Shown piece by piece: positions 42,569-62,000 of a DNA stretch of 64,000 nucleotides; within the stretch, counting starts at the first letter, position 1, and each line of letters starts with the position of its first letter. The position numbers and the translations under genes were made by a program. The stretch lies in NCBI GenBank assembly GCA_002269645.1, contig NIVC01000181.1:275693-339692 (forward strand), written 5' to 3'. The DNA comes from Macrostomum lignano. Lineage: Eukaryota. The notes under the pieces are model-generated. The model was given only the letters and a program-made list of their open reading frames with translations, was not told where the DNA came from and did not search any database.

Positions 42569-43247
42569 CCATGGGGTCATGGCTCATAGCACTCTGCAAT
42601 AGGATCATGGCTCATAGCCACTCTACCATGGGGTCATGGCTCATAGCACTCTGCAATGGGGTCATGGCTCATAGCACTCTGCAATGGGGTCATGGCTCAT
42701 AGCCACTCTACCATGGGGTCATGGCTCATAGCCACTCTGCAATGGGGTCATGGCTCATAGCACTCTGCAATGGGGTCATGGCTCATAGCCACTCTGCAAT
42801 GGGGTCATGGCTCATAGCACTCTGCAATGGGGTCATGGCTCATAGCCACTCTGCAATGGGGTCATGGCTCATAGCCACTCTACCATGGGGTCATGGCTCA
42901 TAGCCACTCTGCAATGGGGTCATGGCTCATAGCACTCTGCAATGGGGTCATGGCTCATAGCCACTCTGCAATGGGGTCATGGCTCATAGCACTCTGCAAT
43001 GGGGTCATGGCTCATAGCACTCTGCAATGGGGTCATGGCTCATAGCACTCTGCAATGGGGTCATGACTTATAGCACTCTACAATTTGGGTCATGGCTCAT
43101 AGCCACTCTATCATGGGGTCATGGCTTATAGCACTCTACAATTTGGGTCATGGCTCATAGCCACTCTATCATGGGGTCATGGCTTATAGCACTCTACAAT
43201 TTGGGTCATGGCTCATAGCCACTCTACAATGGGGTCATGGCTCATAG
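42569..43247 (+). repeat. 28/29-bp minisatellite (ATGGGGTCATGGCTCATAG[C]CACTCTGCA), ~24 units
   Basis: Direct observation. Confidence 0.9.
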
Positions 43248-43989
43248 TGAAGCAAGTCATAGCTCATAGCTCATAGTTAGGTCATAGTTCATATTGATAT
43301 CATAATAGTAGATAATAGTAGATCTTCTAGTGCTAAAACCCCCCAAAGAATGAGAGATGCTCGCGGAGTTCAGAGCAGAATTGACTGTGAACTTTCTACC
43401 ATTTTCACAGTGGCATTTTTACCCCAAAGCCTTCAGGCGTTCTCAACCGAAGTGCCATTAGCATTGGAAATTTACTCAATTGCTAAAATTAAAAAACTAA
43501 GGTAAACCCGGTGTTTGCAGACCCAACAGCGGTCACAGTGGGCACCCACTACGAGCTATTCTCAAAGGTCGAATAGAACCGATTACTCCATCCAGTTAGG
43601 TGAGGATAATTTCCCTAATTTTATTATTGACTAATTCTAATTTGCACCGATTTGATTACCGAACTCGAATCTTGCAGAGCGCAATAAAATGTCGATGAGG
43701 GGATGAATCTCCCCCCAGCTGACTCCACCTGCTGTTGACTCTGTGAGACGCTTTTTACAACCCCCTTAGGGCTAATGAAAGAAGCAACGCTGAAGAACCG
43801 CCATCTTAGACCGCAACTTTGCACCTCAATCGGCGGCTTCAGACCAGCGGGGTGCCAGCCTAGCTTTCTATTCTTCAGTTGGGCATGGTGAGTTACCGCA
43901 GCCTTAGGGGGAGGCAGTTGATGACGCAACAGGGTTTCACAGCTGGAATATCGGTGCGCACACACCGACCCCTCATTCCAGACGGCCAG

Positions 43990-44065
43990 CCAATGACATT
44001 TGGTCACAGCTCGCTATTGGATGAGCCGCCCTCCGCCCCAGCCTCAGTCTGTTGCATAAAACCGG
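43990..44065 (+). promoter_or_regulatory. Putative proximal promoter of ovo-B (CCAAT 43990, ATTGG 44016, CATAAAACCGG 44055)
   Basis: Same motif set as ovo-A, with identical 26-bp spacing between the two CCAAT boxes. Confidence 0.55.
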
Positions 44066-44167
44066 CTGTCAAGAATTAAGAAAGTAACTCAAAAAACTTT
44101 TAAACTCGATTTGTGAGACGCAGAGCAACACAGGCAATAGAATACCGACAGTCAACTGACGTAAGCC

Positions 44168-50237
<6,070 letters not shown>

Positions 50238-51214
50238 GGAAACCTGACACATGCCCGATTGAAAGCGATTGGTTGATCAATCAATGATGCGATTGGCGAC
50301 TCGACTCTGGCGACGGGGCGACGACGGCAGCGGCGGTGGCAGTGGCGGCGGTGGCAGCACATTCTTCATCTTGGGCTCGTTTTGTTCTGCGTTACGGCTG
50401 TCGGAATTATAAAAGAATCAGTTTTCAAAGCGTGTTACTTTCAGTAGAGTAGTTTGTGCATTCAAAACTAGATTTTTTAAGCTCTCCGCATTTTCTGTGC
50501 CAGCTTTTCTGGGTTTTCTTTTTTCCCTTTCTTTGTGATTTGTTCCACCTGCGGTGCTGCTTTTAGGGAATTTCGTGTGCTCACCAATATTTGCAGCATT
50601 TCTGCCTGTTTTTGTCGGGCTATTTTTTAGGAGTCCAAATATTTTCCTGTCACAAATTTTCTGCTCTTCTTTGTGCTCAGATTTCTACAGATTTCACTAT
50701 TTTCTATTCGATTTAATTTGCACATTTTTTGCCCAACGCACCAAACAAAACAAGGCAAGACCAAGAGACTGCCTCCGACCTCACTCGATCAATACCAGCC
50801 ACGCTGCTCACCTTTTTCGTTCGAAATTTTGCACCAAAATCGTAACTAAAATTTTTCGTCTTGTTGTCAAAGTTCGTCGCCAAAAATTCGTATTTTACTG
50901 TTCGATCGCCATTCTGCTTCAATCGTGCCGCTGCTCGCAATGCGCTAACAAAACATGCAAAAAAAACAAAAAAACTGTCCTAAATGATCTGTTTTGACCA
51001 TAGACAAAGCCTTGATACTGTACTAAAATTGCGTGTATAGTTACATATTTTTTCTATCTTCTGTAGTTGCAAATTATGCTTAGTTAAAAATACAAAAAAT
51101 TGTCTTTGTGACTGAAACGGGCGCTGCGTGTTTTCAGTTATTAAAAACTAAATATGACTCACTTGACTACTGCGTGTTACTTCTTTGACAGCTTATCGAC
51201 ATTCTGTTTTGGTT

Positions 51215-51670
<456 letters not shown>

Positions 51671-52242
51671 TCTCTCTGAGCATGCAGCACTGTCTGTCAA
51701 CTGCAAATAATTTCATCTGCTAATTGCTAAAATTACGCTCGTAGTTTCATTGCGCAGAAGCAGCACCGAGCAAGTCAGCGAACAGAAGCCAGAAGCAGAT
51801 GTCTTGCATGGCTACTCAGCCTCTCAATCTTTACGACACAAAATTATTACAGACATCAGAGAGAGTTTTTATGACGGTGCAATTACTTTTCAAGGTTTTA
51901 TTTCATGGCATTGATCTGCTATGCTCATGCAGCTAGTTGCGGCATTGCCAAGGATGCCCAGATCCCTGAAGAGCAATACAAGCGTATTCCCAGAAAATAA
52001 TTGGATTATAATTCTGCTTTCAATCCTTCGATTTTTGCTTTGCAGACAGGCAGTCCAAAATTAACATAAAGAAAAATGAACTGCTAAAGCAAAGCCGTAT
52101 GACAATAAAAATTGAAGTTAGAATGATAAATAACCGAAACAGTTCAGTTCAGTGGTCCGTTTGTGTTTATTTGGATTTTAATTTCTAAGGTTAGACAAAA
52201 CAGTATCGATGCAAATCTATTGCAACAAATTAATTTTTTATC

Positions 52243-53154
52243 TTAGCCAAGAAACTCGGACACCGGCCGACGCTTTCCCAGATACTCGGACACTGGCCGG
52301 CGTTTCCCTAGATACTCGGACACCGGCCGACGCTTTCCTAGATACTCGGACACCGGCCGACGCTTTCCTAGATACTCGGACACCGGCCGACGCTTTCCTA
52401 GATACTCGGACACTGGCCGGCGCTTTCCCAGATACTCGGACACTGGCCGGCGCTTTCCTAGAAACTCGGACACTGGCCGGCGCTTTCCCAGATACTCGGT
52501 CACTGGCTGACGCTTTCCCAGATACTCGGACACTGGCCGACGCTTTCCCAGATACTCGGACACTGGCCGACGCTTTCCCAGATACTCGGACACTGGCCGA
52601 CGATTTCCTAGAAACTTGGTCACTGGCTGACGCTTTCCCAGATACTCGGAAACTGGCCGGCGCTTTCCTAGAAACTCGGTCACTGGCTGACGCTTTCCCA
52701 GATACTCGGAAACTGGCCGGCGCTTTCCTAGAAACTCGGACACTGCCCGACGCTTTTCAAGGAATTCCAATTCTGGCTCGCGCTTGCCGGATGAAAATTC
52801 GTTCTCCATGTTTCCCTGCCGCTGCATGGAGTCAATGCCGCTGCCTACAGAGAGAAATCAATGTCAAGTTGAAGCAAATTAGAAAGCAATCAAAATATTT
52901 ATACAAATAGGCATAGCCTAGATAAGAGCCATTACCCAAATCATTGCTGGCCTCAGCTGCCAACACAATGGGAAGCTGAGCGAGTTGTATCAGAATAGCG
53001 CCTATGATCAGCCAATAGGCAATCGGACGATCTACAAAAAAGTAGAAAATGATATTTTTAATGGAGCTAATTTACCGGATTGTGAGGATTGTGACAATTC
53101 ATGCGCAAATAGAAAATCTTACAGTTTAATCTTACAATTTGCTTTGGAGCTCAT
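52243..53154 (-). CDS. Secreted multi-copy neuropeptide precursor (EFLamide/EYLamide, TRH-like), 238 aa; complement(join(52243..52844,52936..53031,53136..53154))
   Basis: The spliced ORF reads MSSKANYRPIAYWLIIGAILIQLAQLPIVLA/AEASNDLGSGIDSMQRQGNMENEFSSGKR-EPELEFLEKR, then 17 decapeptide units (R/Q)(P/A)V(S/T)(E/K)(Y/F)LG(K/N)R, ending RPVSEFLG*. It has a hydrophobic signal peptide, G-KR amidation/cleavage sites and a terminal Gly. Two short GT-AG introns (102 and 91 bp) are both phase 1. Confidence 0.88.
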
Positions 53155-53463
53155 TGTCTAACAGTCGAAATCACGTGCAGATTGTAGACCGAGGTACAGA
53201 AATATTTGCGCGATATTTTTGTAGTTTTCAAGGTGTGCACACGCTTATTTAGCAACCAAAAAGCATATATATAGCGATTGAGTGCTACTGCAAAGAGCCA
53301 ATCTGATATCGCAGGACTTCAGCATGCATTTATTGCGCCTCCAGTTTTTTCATTATCAGGTCTAATCACTCTACTAATCGAAGTAGTATAATAGAAAATA
53401 ACACCCAGATATAGTTATTGAGTTTAACTGTTAGTTGACCAAAATGTACAGTCGGGTTCAGGT

Positions 53464-54034
53464 CATAGGCGTAGGAACGGGGGGGGGGCAGTGGGGCCAT
53501 GGCCCCCCACTTTAAAAAATGGGGGGGGGCAGTAATGGTATCTGCCCCTTCACATTTTAAATTCAAAATGTGGGCTTTTTTCTTCTTTTACTCTTATTTC
53601 TGGTTTTTGCTGCTTTACATGAATGCATTTTATTGCTGCAGGACGACAAAACATGACGACAGAATAGTGTTGGACATTGCTAGAACTTTCGGAGTTATGA
53701 TATTTCGATCGGGTTTGTGATTTTTCGGGTTTATGATGGGCGTTGCTATTTTGTTTTTCGGAGTTGTGATTTTTCGGGTTTATGATATTTCGGGTTTATG
53801 ATGGAAAGCGCTTTTCGAAGTTGTGATTTTTCGGGTTTGTGATGCCCCCCCGCCTGCGGCGCCAAAATGAGTGCTGACAATACCGATCCTGAAAATAATC
53901 GGTACATGATAATGTGCATTTCGCATATAAAAAATAATCTAACTCGACGGGGGGGCGTGCGCCCTGTGCGCGCCACCCTCCCCCTAAATCCGCCACTGAA
54001 CCTGACCCCCACTTTTTGAAACGTTCCTACGCTA
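53464..54034. mobile_element. Probable non-autonomous hAT-like MITE(s), possibly nested
   Basis: CATAGGCGTAGGAACG (53464) versus CGTTCCTACGCTA (54022-54034), inverted. Internal G-runs, a short tandem repeat (CGGGTTT[A/G]TGAT) and a CCCCTAAATCCGCCACTG end motif at ~53981-53998. No TSD verified. Confidence 0.45.
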
Positions 54035-54940
54035 ATTCAGGTTTTGGCGAGTTTGTCAAATCCATATACGTTATATGAGTACTAGAGAGAATAAATATAG
54101 ACAACTGAATCAAGTTCCCACGTACATGTATTGAGATGTTTAGTGATTTTAGCTCAATTTGGCGCCGCAGGAACTCATTTCTATGCCGCAGGCGCTATGT
54201 TTTCTCTCCCTGAAGCAAAATCATTGATTTCCATAACAGATCACAGGGGGGGGATGAGGACAAAACATTGCCATGTCACCCCATAGATTTTACTAGGGGG
54301 ACATGTCCCCCATAGCGACATGTAGGAAAAATGTACATGTAGTTTGATGTAAGGAAACTACATATACGAGTACAACATGACGATATTGTTAGTAGTAAGC
54401 GTAAGCGCTTATCGGCCATTTGTAAAGCCTATCACCATTTTAGCAAAACTTTTTTTGAAAATACTCACCTGAAAATTAAAAGACACCTCAGATTGATAGA
54501 CGTTTTTAAAGATATGAAAAAATATGTTTAAGAGAATCTACGTTTTTTGAACAGGGAATGAGCAAGAATTGAGCAGGAAATGGTCAGAGTGAACCGGATA
54601 TAGATAAAGAGAGTTGCTTTCAATTAATTAAAGCATGCATTCAAGTTGATTATCGGGTGCAAAAACAGTTTGAAAAAATACCAATAAATCCGCAGAGCAA
54701 AATTATCTGAATTATTTGATACCCGGCTTTTTCAAATGCTCGTTACTACATCGCAACGCAGTGGCACCTTTACGAAAAAATATTTTATAGGAACTTACTA
54801 AGAAAGAAGTATTTTGTGAACACGATCCACTCTGTTAAACTTGAGGATTTCGATTTGGTTATTTTTCTAAAACTTAGTTTACCCATCAAGCAATGTAAAT
54901 TGAAGTTAATTTTTATTCACTCAAAGTTGACAAAAGGTAA

Positions 54941-55962
54941 ATGGATAGAGACAACTTAAAAACTCTTCTCATCACTGCGAACGTTGGATCACTGTTTGAC
55001 CACGTGAGTAATTTGTGTTTCTGTCAAATTTGTGTTTCTTGATTTTGTCTATTGCTGCTTTTTGGTGTTTAATCTTGCTGTGACTTTAATTTTGCTAAAT
55101 CAAGAACCACAGTTTTTTGAAGTTTGTATGGGCTGTTTTCTATTTGCTAAAATTGCTGTTACTTCTCTGAATTTAGCTAAAATTAAATTCTGAGAGTTAA
55201 CTAAAAACTTTTGTGTCTTTAGAATTTTTCTTTATTTAAAATGGAAGATATTTCTTTTTTATATTTTAGAATTATAATATTTTTAAATAGTTCATTTAGG
55301 CATGCAAAACGTCTAAATGTTGAAACTATAAAAATCCTATTCTTTGTTATTTGATTTCATTTATAATTTATCCATAATTCCTGTGAACTATTTGTGATGA
55401 AATATCAAGCAAAATGCCTTTTATTGATTCTTTTTATACCAATTGATTATTAGATTCAAATAATGTTTGGTTGATTTTTTAATGGCTACAATATAAAATG
55501 AAAAAAATAAAGTTCTATTTTTTCTTCCTTTTCTTGTGTACATAAAGGAAGTTATATTATACAGTTATGACTTCATTAAAATTAAAATCTGGATAATTTT
55601 ATAAATATATATTATAAATCCTCTACAGAAGCACTTGCTACAACCATGGTTGAAGAACCTTTTCCAGGTACAGATTGCATATAGCTGTTATATTGTTATT
55701 GTGTATTATAATGCTATTCCTCAACAGCAAACTCAATTTAATCTGATAAAAAATTGTCAGGCTATTTCCGACAAGGATCCAGATTTCATCGCTGTCCACT
55801 GCCAGGAAATTGGCGGCAAGAATTTCACGAAATCGATGCCCAATGTTGACTCGTGGATTAGGTGAGCTTATCCAGATGAGTAGCTTAATCCACGCTGGCA
55901 GACGGATTGTCTTGACAGAAAATTTAATTGAAAGAAGGCACTCGGAAATTGAGGTTGATAGG

Positions 55963-56036
<74 letters not shown>

Positions 56037-59000
56037 TTGCCTACCTCCCTTTTTGCCAGCTTTTCCCTTGCCGAGTGACTGCTTCTGTCTCTGCCTTCTC
56101 TGCCACCCCCTCCGACACGATTTCTCTTCCCATCGGGGCAACCCAATTCCTCTGCTAATTAGATGCTCACTGTCTTCCTGCCTCTCTCCTCGCTTCCTTT
56201 TATCCCGAGTAGACTGCGGGGAATCCTCCACTTTCTCATCCCACGTGGGAATTTGGGATCTCAAAGCCGGCATCACTTCTGGCCCATTCTGGGCACTTTG
56301 CACTTGGCACAGTCTCTCTTCTGAGAGCCAAGGATGCGAGTCTGCCTGCCATCCTCTGGGAGCAGTCGGAATGGAGTGGTTAATAGCAATGGATTGATTT
56401 GGCCTCCCCTTCCTTGCGGACGTCCTTAAGCGGCTAATGCGATTTTTATCTGGCAAATGGAATTTTTATCTATTTCTGAGAACGGGAGGAGTCCAGTGTG
56501 TGAGACGGGGTTCCAGAGCAAAGAGGTAGGTAGGCTTTTTTGGTTTTTATGGAATAAAAAAAAGTTTGCTAAGATGTGCCAGCCATTGATCTGCGCGTGT
56601 TAACTGGGAATTCGGATTTTTACTTGGCTATTTTGCACTGTCAGTAGAAAATATTCAGTTGCTGGGCCAGCCTCCCAGATCCTCAGTTGCTGAGCCAGCC
56701 TCCCAGATCCTCAGTTGCTGAGCCAGCCTTCCAGATCCTCAGTTGCTGAGCCAGCCTCCCAGATCCTCAGTTGCTGAGCCAGCCTTCCAGATCCTCAGTT
56801 GCTGAGCCAGCCTCCCAGATCCTCAGTTGCTGAGCCAGCCTTCCAGATCCTCAGTTGCTGAGCCAGCCTCCCAGATCCTCAGTTGCTGAGCCAGCCTCCC
56901 AGATCCTCAGTTGCTGAGCCAGCCTTCCAGATCCTCAGTTGCTGGGCCAGCCTCCCAGATCCTCAGTTGCTGGGCCAGCCTCCCAGATCCTCAGTTGCTG
57001 GGCCAGCCTCCCAGATCCCCAGTTGCTGAGCCAGCCTCCCGAATCCTCAGTTGCTGGGCCAGCCTCCCAGTTCCTCAGTTGCTGGGCCAGCCTCCCAGAT
57101 CCTCAGTTGCTGGGCCAGCCTCCCAGATCCCCAGTTGCTGAGCCAGCCTCCCGAATCCTCAGTTGCTGGGCCAGCCTCCCAGTTCCTCAGGGTCAACGCT
57201 ACCCTTCCGGATTCCGATTACGAGGCCTGAAACCCAAACAATGTATCAGCATTAAATTTTGCATATAATCTAAAGCTAAATATTTTATTGTACAACACAA
57301 TTGTTTCCAGCGAGCTGATGACTTCAGAGGCGCTGAAGCTCTACGATAAGGCGAGAATTTTTCTAGACAAAGATTATGAAGCGCAAGATACTTTCACTGT
57401 GAGTTTGCATTGCTTCATTGTAGCTTCAGTATGTCTGCAATACAACTTCAGTATATCTTCAGTGTAGCTTCAGTGTAGCTTCAGTATTCCTTCAGTGTAG
57501 CTTCAGTATTTCTTCAGTGTAGCTTCAGTATTTCTTCAGTGTAGCTTCAGTATTCCTTCAGTGTAGCTTCAGTATTCCTTCAGTGTAGCTTCAGTATTTC
57601 TTCAGTGTAGCTTCAGTATTCCTTCAGTGTAGCTTCAGTATTCCTTCAGTGTAGCTTCAGTATTTCTTCAGTGTAGCTTCAGTATTTCTTCAGTGTAGCT
57701 TCAGTATTTCTTCAGTGTAGCTTCAGTATTCCTTCAGTGTAGCTTCAGTATTCCTTCAGTGTAGCTTCAGTATTCCTTCAGTGTAGCTTCAGTATTCCTT
57801 CAGTGTAGCTTCAGTATTTCTTCAGTGTAGCTTCAGTGTAGCTTCAGTATTCCTTCAGTGTAGCTTCAGTATTCCTTCAGTGTAGCTTCAGTATTCCTTC
57901 AGTGTAGCTTCAGTATTCCTTCAGTGTAGCTTCAGTATTTCTTCAGTGTAGCTTCAGTGTAGCTTCAGTATTCCTTCAGTGTAGCTTCAGTATTCCTTCA
58001 GTGTAGCTTCAGTGTAGCTTCAGTATTCCTTCAGTGTAGCTTCAGTATTCCTTCAGTGTAGCTTCAGTATTTCTTCAGTGTAGCTTCAGTATTTCTTCAG
58101 TGTAGCTTCAGTATTTCTTCAGTGTAGCTTCAGTATTCCTTCAGTGTAGCTTCAGTATTCCTTCAGTGTAGCTTCAGTATTCCTTCAGTGTAGCTTCAGT
58201 ATTCCTTCAGTGTAGCTTCAGTATTCCTTCAGTGTAGCTTCAGTATTTCTTCAGTGTAGCTTCAGTGTAGCTTCAGTATTCCTTCAGTGTAGCTTCAGTA
58301 TTCCTTCAGTGTAGCTTCAGTGTAGCTTCAGTATTCCTTCAGTGTAGCTTCAGTATTCCTTCAGTGTAGCTTCAGTATTTCTTCAGTGTAGCTTCAGTAT
58401 TCCTTCAGTGTAGCTTCAGTATTTCTTCAGTGTAGCTTCAGTGCAGCTTCAGTATTTCTTCAGTTTAGCTTCAGTGTAGCTTCAGTATTTCTTCAGTGTA
58501 GCTTCAGTGTCAGTGTATTCATAACATAGCTAAGCCTGTATTCGCAGTTTTAAAGCTAACAAGCGGATCTGCAGCATCGCAGAGAAACCGTCTGTAATCC
58601 CCAAATCCCAATACCGTATTGATGGATTGATCGTCCTGCGGCGCCTTCCATTCAGAATCCAATTTATTTAATGGCCAGTTCGTGTCAAACAGCGGCCTTC
58701 TTACTGAATACAACTGGCATAACCCGTGCCTCTCGTCTGCCATTTTTCTAGATTAAATTACTGTCATTAAAATTTAGCCTCGCGCAATAGAGCATTCGTG
58801 TGGACAGAGCCTTTTCTGTTATTTATCAGTCATTTGTCTCTCTCCCTGTCTCTCCCTGTCTCTCTCCCTGTCTCTCTGCTGTCTCTCTGCCTGTCTCTCT
58901 CCCAGTCTCTTTCCCTGTCTCTACCTGTCTCTCCCTTCTCTCCCTGTCTCTCTCCCTGTCTCTCTGCTGTCTCTCTGCCTGTCTCTCTGCCTGTCTCTCT

Positions 59001-62000
59001 GCCTGTCTCTCTGCCTGTCTCTCTGCCTGTCTCTCTGCTGTCTCTCTGCCTGTCTCTCTGCCTGTCTCTCTGCCTGTCTCTCTGCCTGTCTCTCTGCCTG
59101 TCTCTCTGCCTGTCTCTCTGCCTGTCTCTCTGCCTGTCTCTCTGCCTGTCTCTCTGCCTGTCTCTCTGCCTGTCTCTCTGCCTGTCTCTCTGCCTGTCTC
59201 TCTGCCTGTCTCTCTGCCTGTCTCTCTGCCTGTCTCTCTGCCTGTCTCTCTGCCTGTCTCTCTGCCTGTCTCTCTGCCTGTCTCTCTGCCTGTCTCTCTG
59301 CCTGTCTCTCTGCCTGTCTCTCTGCCTGTCTCTCTGCCTGTCTCTCTGCCTGTCTCTCTGCCTGTCTCTCTGCCTGTCTCTCTGCCTGTCTCTCTGCCTG
59401 TCTCTCTGCCTGTCTCTCTCCCTGTCTCTCTCCTTGTCTCTCTCTCTCCCTGTCTCTCTCCCTGTCTCTCTCCCTGTCTCTTTCCCTGTCTCTTTCCCTG
59501 TCTCTCTCCCTGTCTCTCTCCCTGTCTCTCTCCCTGTCTCTCTCCGTGTCTCTCTCCCTGTCTCTCCCTGTCTCTCTCCCTGTCTCTCTCCGTGTCTCTC
59601 TGCCTGTCTCTCTCCCTGTCTCTCCCTATCTCTCTCCGTGTCTCTCTCCCTGTCTCTCCCTATCTCTCTCCGTGTCTCTCTGCCTGTCTCTCTCCCTGTC
59701 TCTCCCTATCTCTCTCCGTGTCTCTCAGCCTGTCTCTCTCCCTGTCTCTCCCTGTCTCTCTCCCTGTCTCTCTCCCTGTCTCTCCCTGTCTCTCTCCCTG
59801 TCCCTCTCCCTGTCTCTCTGCCTGTCTCTCTCCCTGTCTCTCCCTGTCTCTCTCCCTGTCTCTCTCCCTGTCTCTCTCCCTGTCTCTCTCCGTGTCTCTC
59901 TGCCTGTCTCTCTCCCTGTCTCTCCCTATCTCTCTCCGTGTCTCTCTCCGTGTCTCTCTCCCTGTCTCTCCCTATCTCTCTCCGTGTCTCTCTGCCTGTC
60001 TCTCTCCCTGTCTCTCTCCCTGTCTCTCTGCCTGTCTCTCTCCCTGTCTCTCTCCCTGTCTCTCTCCCTGTCTCTCTCCCTGTCTCTCTCCCTGTCTCTC
60101 TCCCTGTCTCTCTCCTTGTCTCTCTCTCTCCCTGTCTCTCTCCCTGTCTCTCTCCCTGTCTCTCCCTATCTCTCTCCGTGTCTCTCTGCCTGTCTCTCTC
60201 CCTGTCTCTCTCCCTGTCTCTCTGCCTGTCTCTCTGCCTGTCTCTCTCCCTGTCTCTCTCCCTGTCTCTCTCCCTGTCTCTCTCCCTGTCTCTCTCCCTG
60301 TCTCTCTCCCTGTCTCTCTCCCTGTCTCTCCCTGTCTCTCTCCCTGTCTCTCTCCGTGTCTCTCTGCCTGTCTCTCTCCCTGTCTCTCCCTATCTCTCTC
60401 CGTGTCTCTCTGCCTGTCTCTCTCCCTGTCTCTCCCTATCTCTCTCCGTGTCTCTCTGCCTGTCTCTCTCCCTGTCTCTCCCTGTCTCTCTCCCTGTCTC
60501 TCTCCCTGTCTCTCCCTGTCTCTCTCCGTGTCTCTCTCCTTGTCTCTCTGCCTGTCTCTCTCCCTGTCTCTCCCTGTCTCTCTCCCTGTCTCTCTCCCTG
60601 TCTCTCTCCCTGTCTCTCCGTGTCTCTCTCCTTGTCTCTCTGCCTGTCTCTCTCCCTGTCTCTCCCTATCTCTCTCCGTGTCTCTCTGCCTGTCTCTCTC
60701 CCTGTCTCTCCCTGTCTCTCTCCCTGTCTCTCTCCCTGTCTCTCTCCCTGTCTCTCCGTGTCTCTCTCCTTGTCTCTCTGCCTGTCTCTCTCCCTGTCTC
60801 TCCCTATCTCTCTCCGTGTCTCTCTGCCTGTCTCTCTCCCTGTCTATCCCTGTCTCTCTCCCTGTCTCTCTCCCTGTCTCTCTCCCTGTCTCTCTCCCTG
60901 TCTCTCCCTGTCTCTCCGTGTCTCTCTCCTTGTCTCTCTGCCTGTCTCTCTCCCTGTCTCTCCCTATCTCTCTCCGTGTCTCTCTGCCTGTCTCTCTCCC
61001 TGTCTCTCCCTGTCTCTCTCCCTGTCTCTCTCCCTGTCTCTCTCCCTGTCTCTCTCCCTGTCTCTCCCTGTCTCTCTCCCTGTCTCTCTCCCTGTCTCTC
61101 CCTGTCTCTCTCCGTGTCTCTCTCCTTGTCTCTCTCCCTGTCTCTCTCCCTGTCCCTCCCTGTCTCTCTCCGTGTCTCTCTCCTTGTCTCTCTCCCTGTC
61201 TCTCTCCCTGTCTCTCTCCGTGTCTCTCTCCTTGTCTCTCTCCCTGTCTCTCTCCCTGTCTCTCCCTGTCTCTCTCCGTGTCTCTCTCCTTGTCTCTCTC
61301 CCTGTCTCTCCCTGTCTCTCCTTTCCTAGAGTAGACTTGATTACTTGACTTCCTCTTTGCTGACAGACCTGCAAAGATGCACCTTAGACCCAAACCGCTT
61401 ATCCACTTGTGTGTTTTGCTAAATAGCAAAGATTTTTTGCGTACTTTTTCTAATCCACCTTGCTGCCGCCGCCTCTACACTGTTTGCTTTTTCTGCGGCG
61501 TCTTCAGGAGGGGGGGGTTGTTTCTTCACGTTTTTCAAGGGCTCTGGATACGAGAAAGAGATAGACAGACATGGCTGCCAGACTTCCGTTCGGTTTCGCT
61601 CCTTGTTGGCGGTTTCCCTCCCTGTTACTGACAGCTGACAGATCCCCGGCTGTCTTGGCTTGGGCAAGGAGGTCGAGAACCAGAGCCTGGAGTGGCGACT
61701 CCACCTCGAAGCCTTCATTTTCATTTTTCAGACAACTGTAGGCTGACTGCAGAGCCTGAATTCGAATGTAAATTTACACCCTAAAAGTGAAGTGAAACGC
61801 GATGTATTGATAATTTTAGAAAATATTTCTGAAATTTGGTTTCGCCGCTCCAATGCTCTGGATTTGGGACGCCTTGGCTTGGACCCCGCCTCTCTATCAC
61901 TCTCCTCTCGCTTTTTGTCTATTCGTCTTTCAATCGTATTTTCTTCCCGCGTTTCTTTTCTTGTGTCCACTTGGACTTCGCCCGCCCACTTCTCGGTCTG

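Noticed and set aside
52209-52910. 233-aa plus-strand ORF (DTRTLADAFP repeats)
   Set aside because: Antisense shadow of the neuropeptide exon; the minus frame has the signal peptide, cleavage/amidation sites and splice sites.
55638-56456. 272-aa minus-strand ORF
   Set aside because: Overlaps INPP5A exons antisense and runs through a GA microsatellite; no homology recognised.
58798-61429. 843-, 844-, 600- and 485-aa ORFs
   Set aside because: Stop-free by composition (CT-rich repeat) inside an INPP5A intron.
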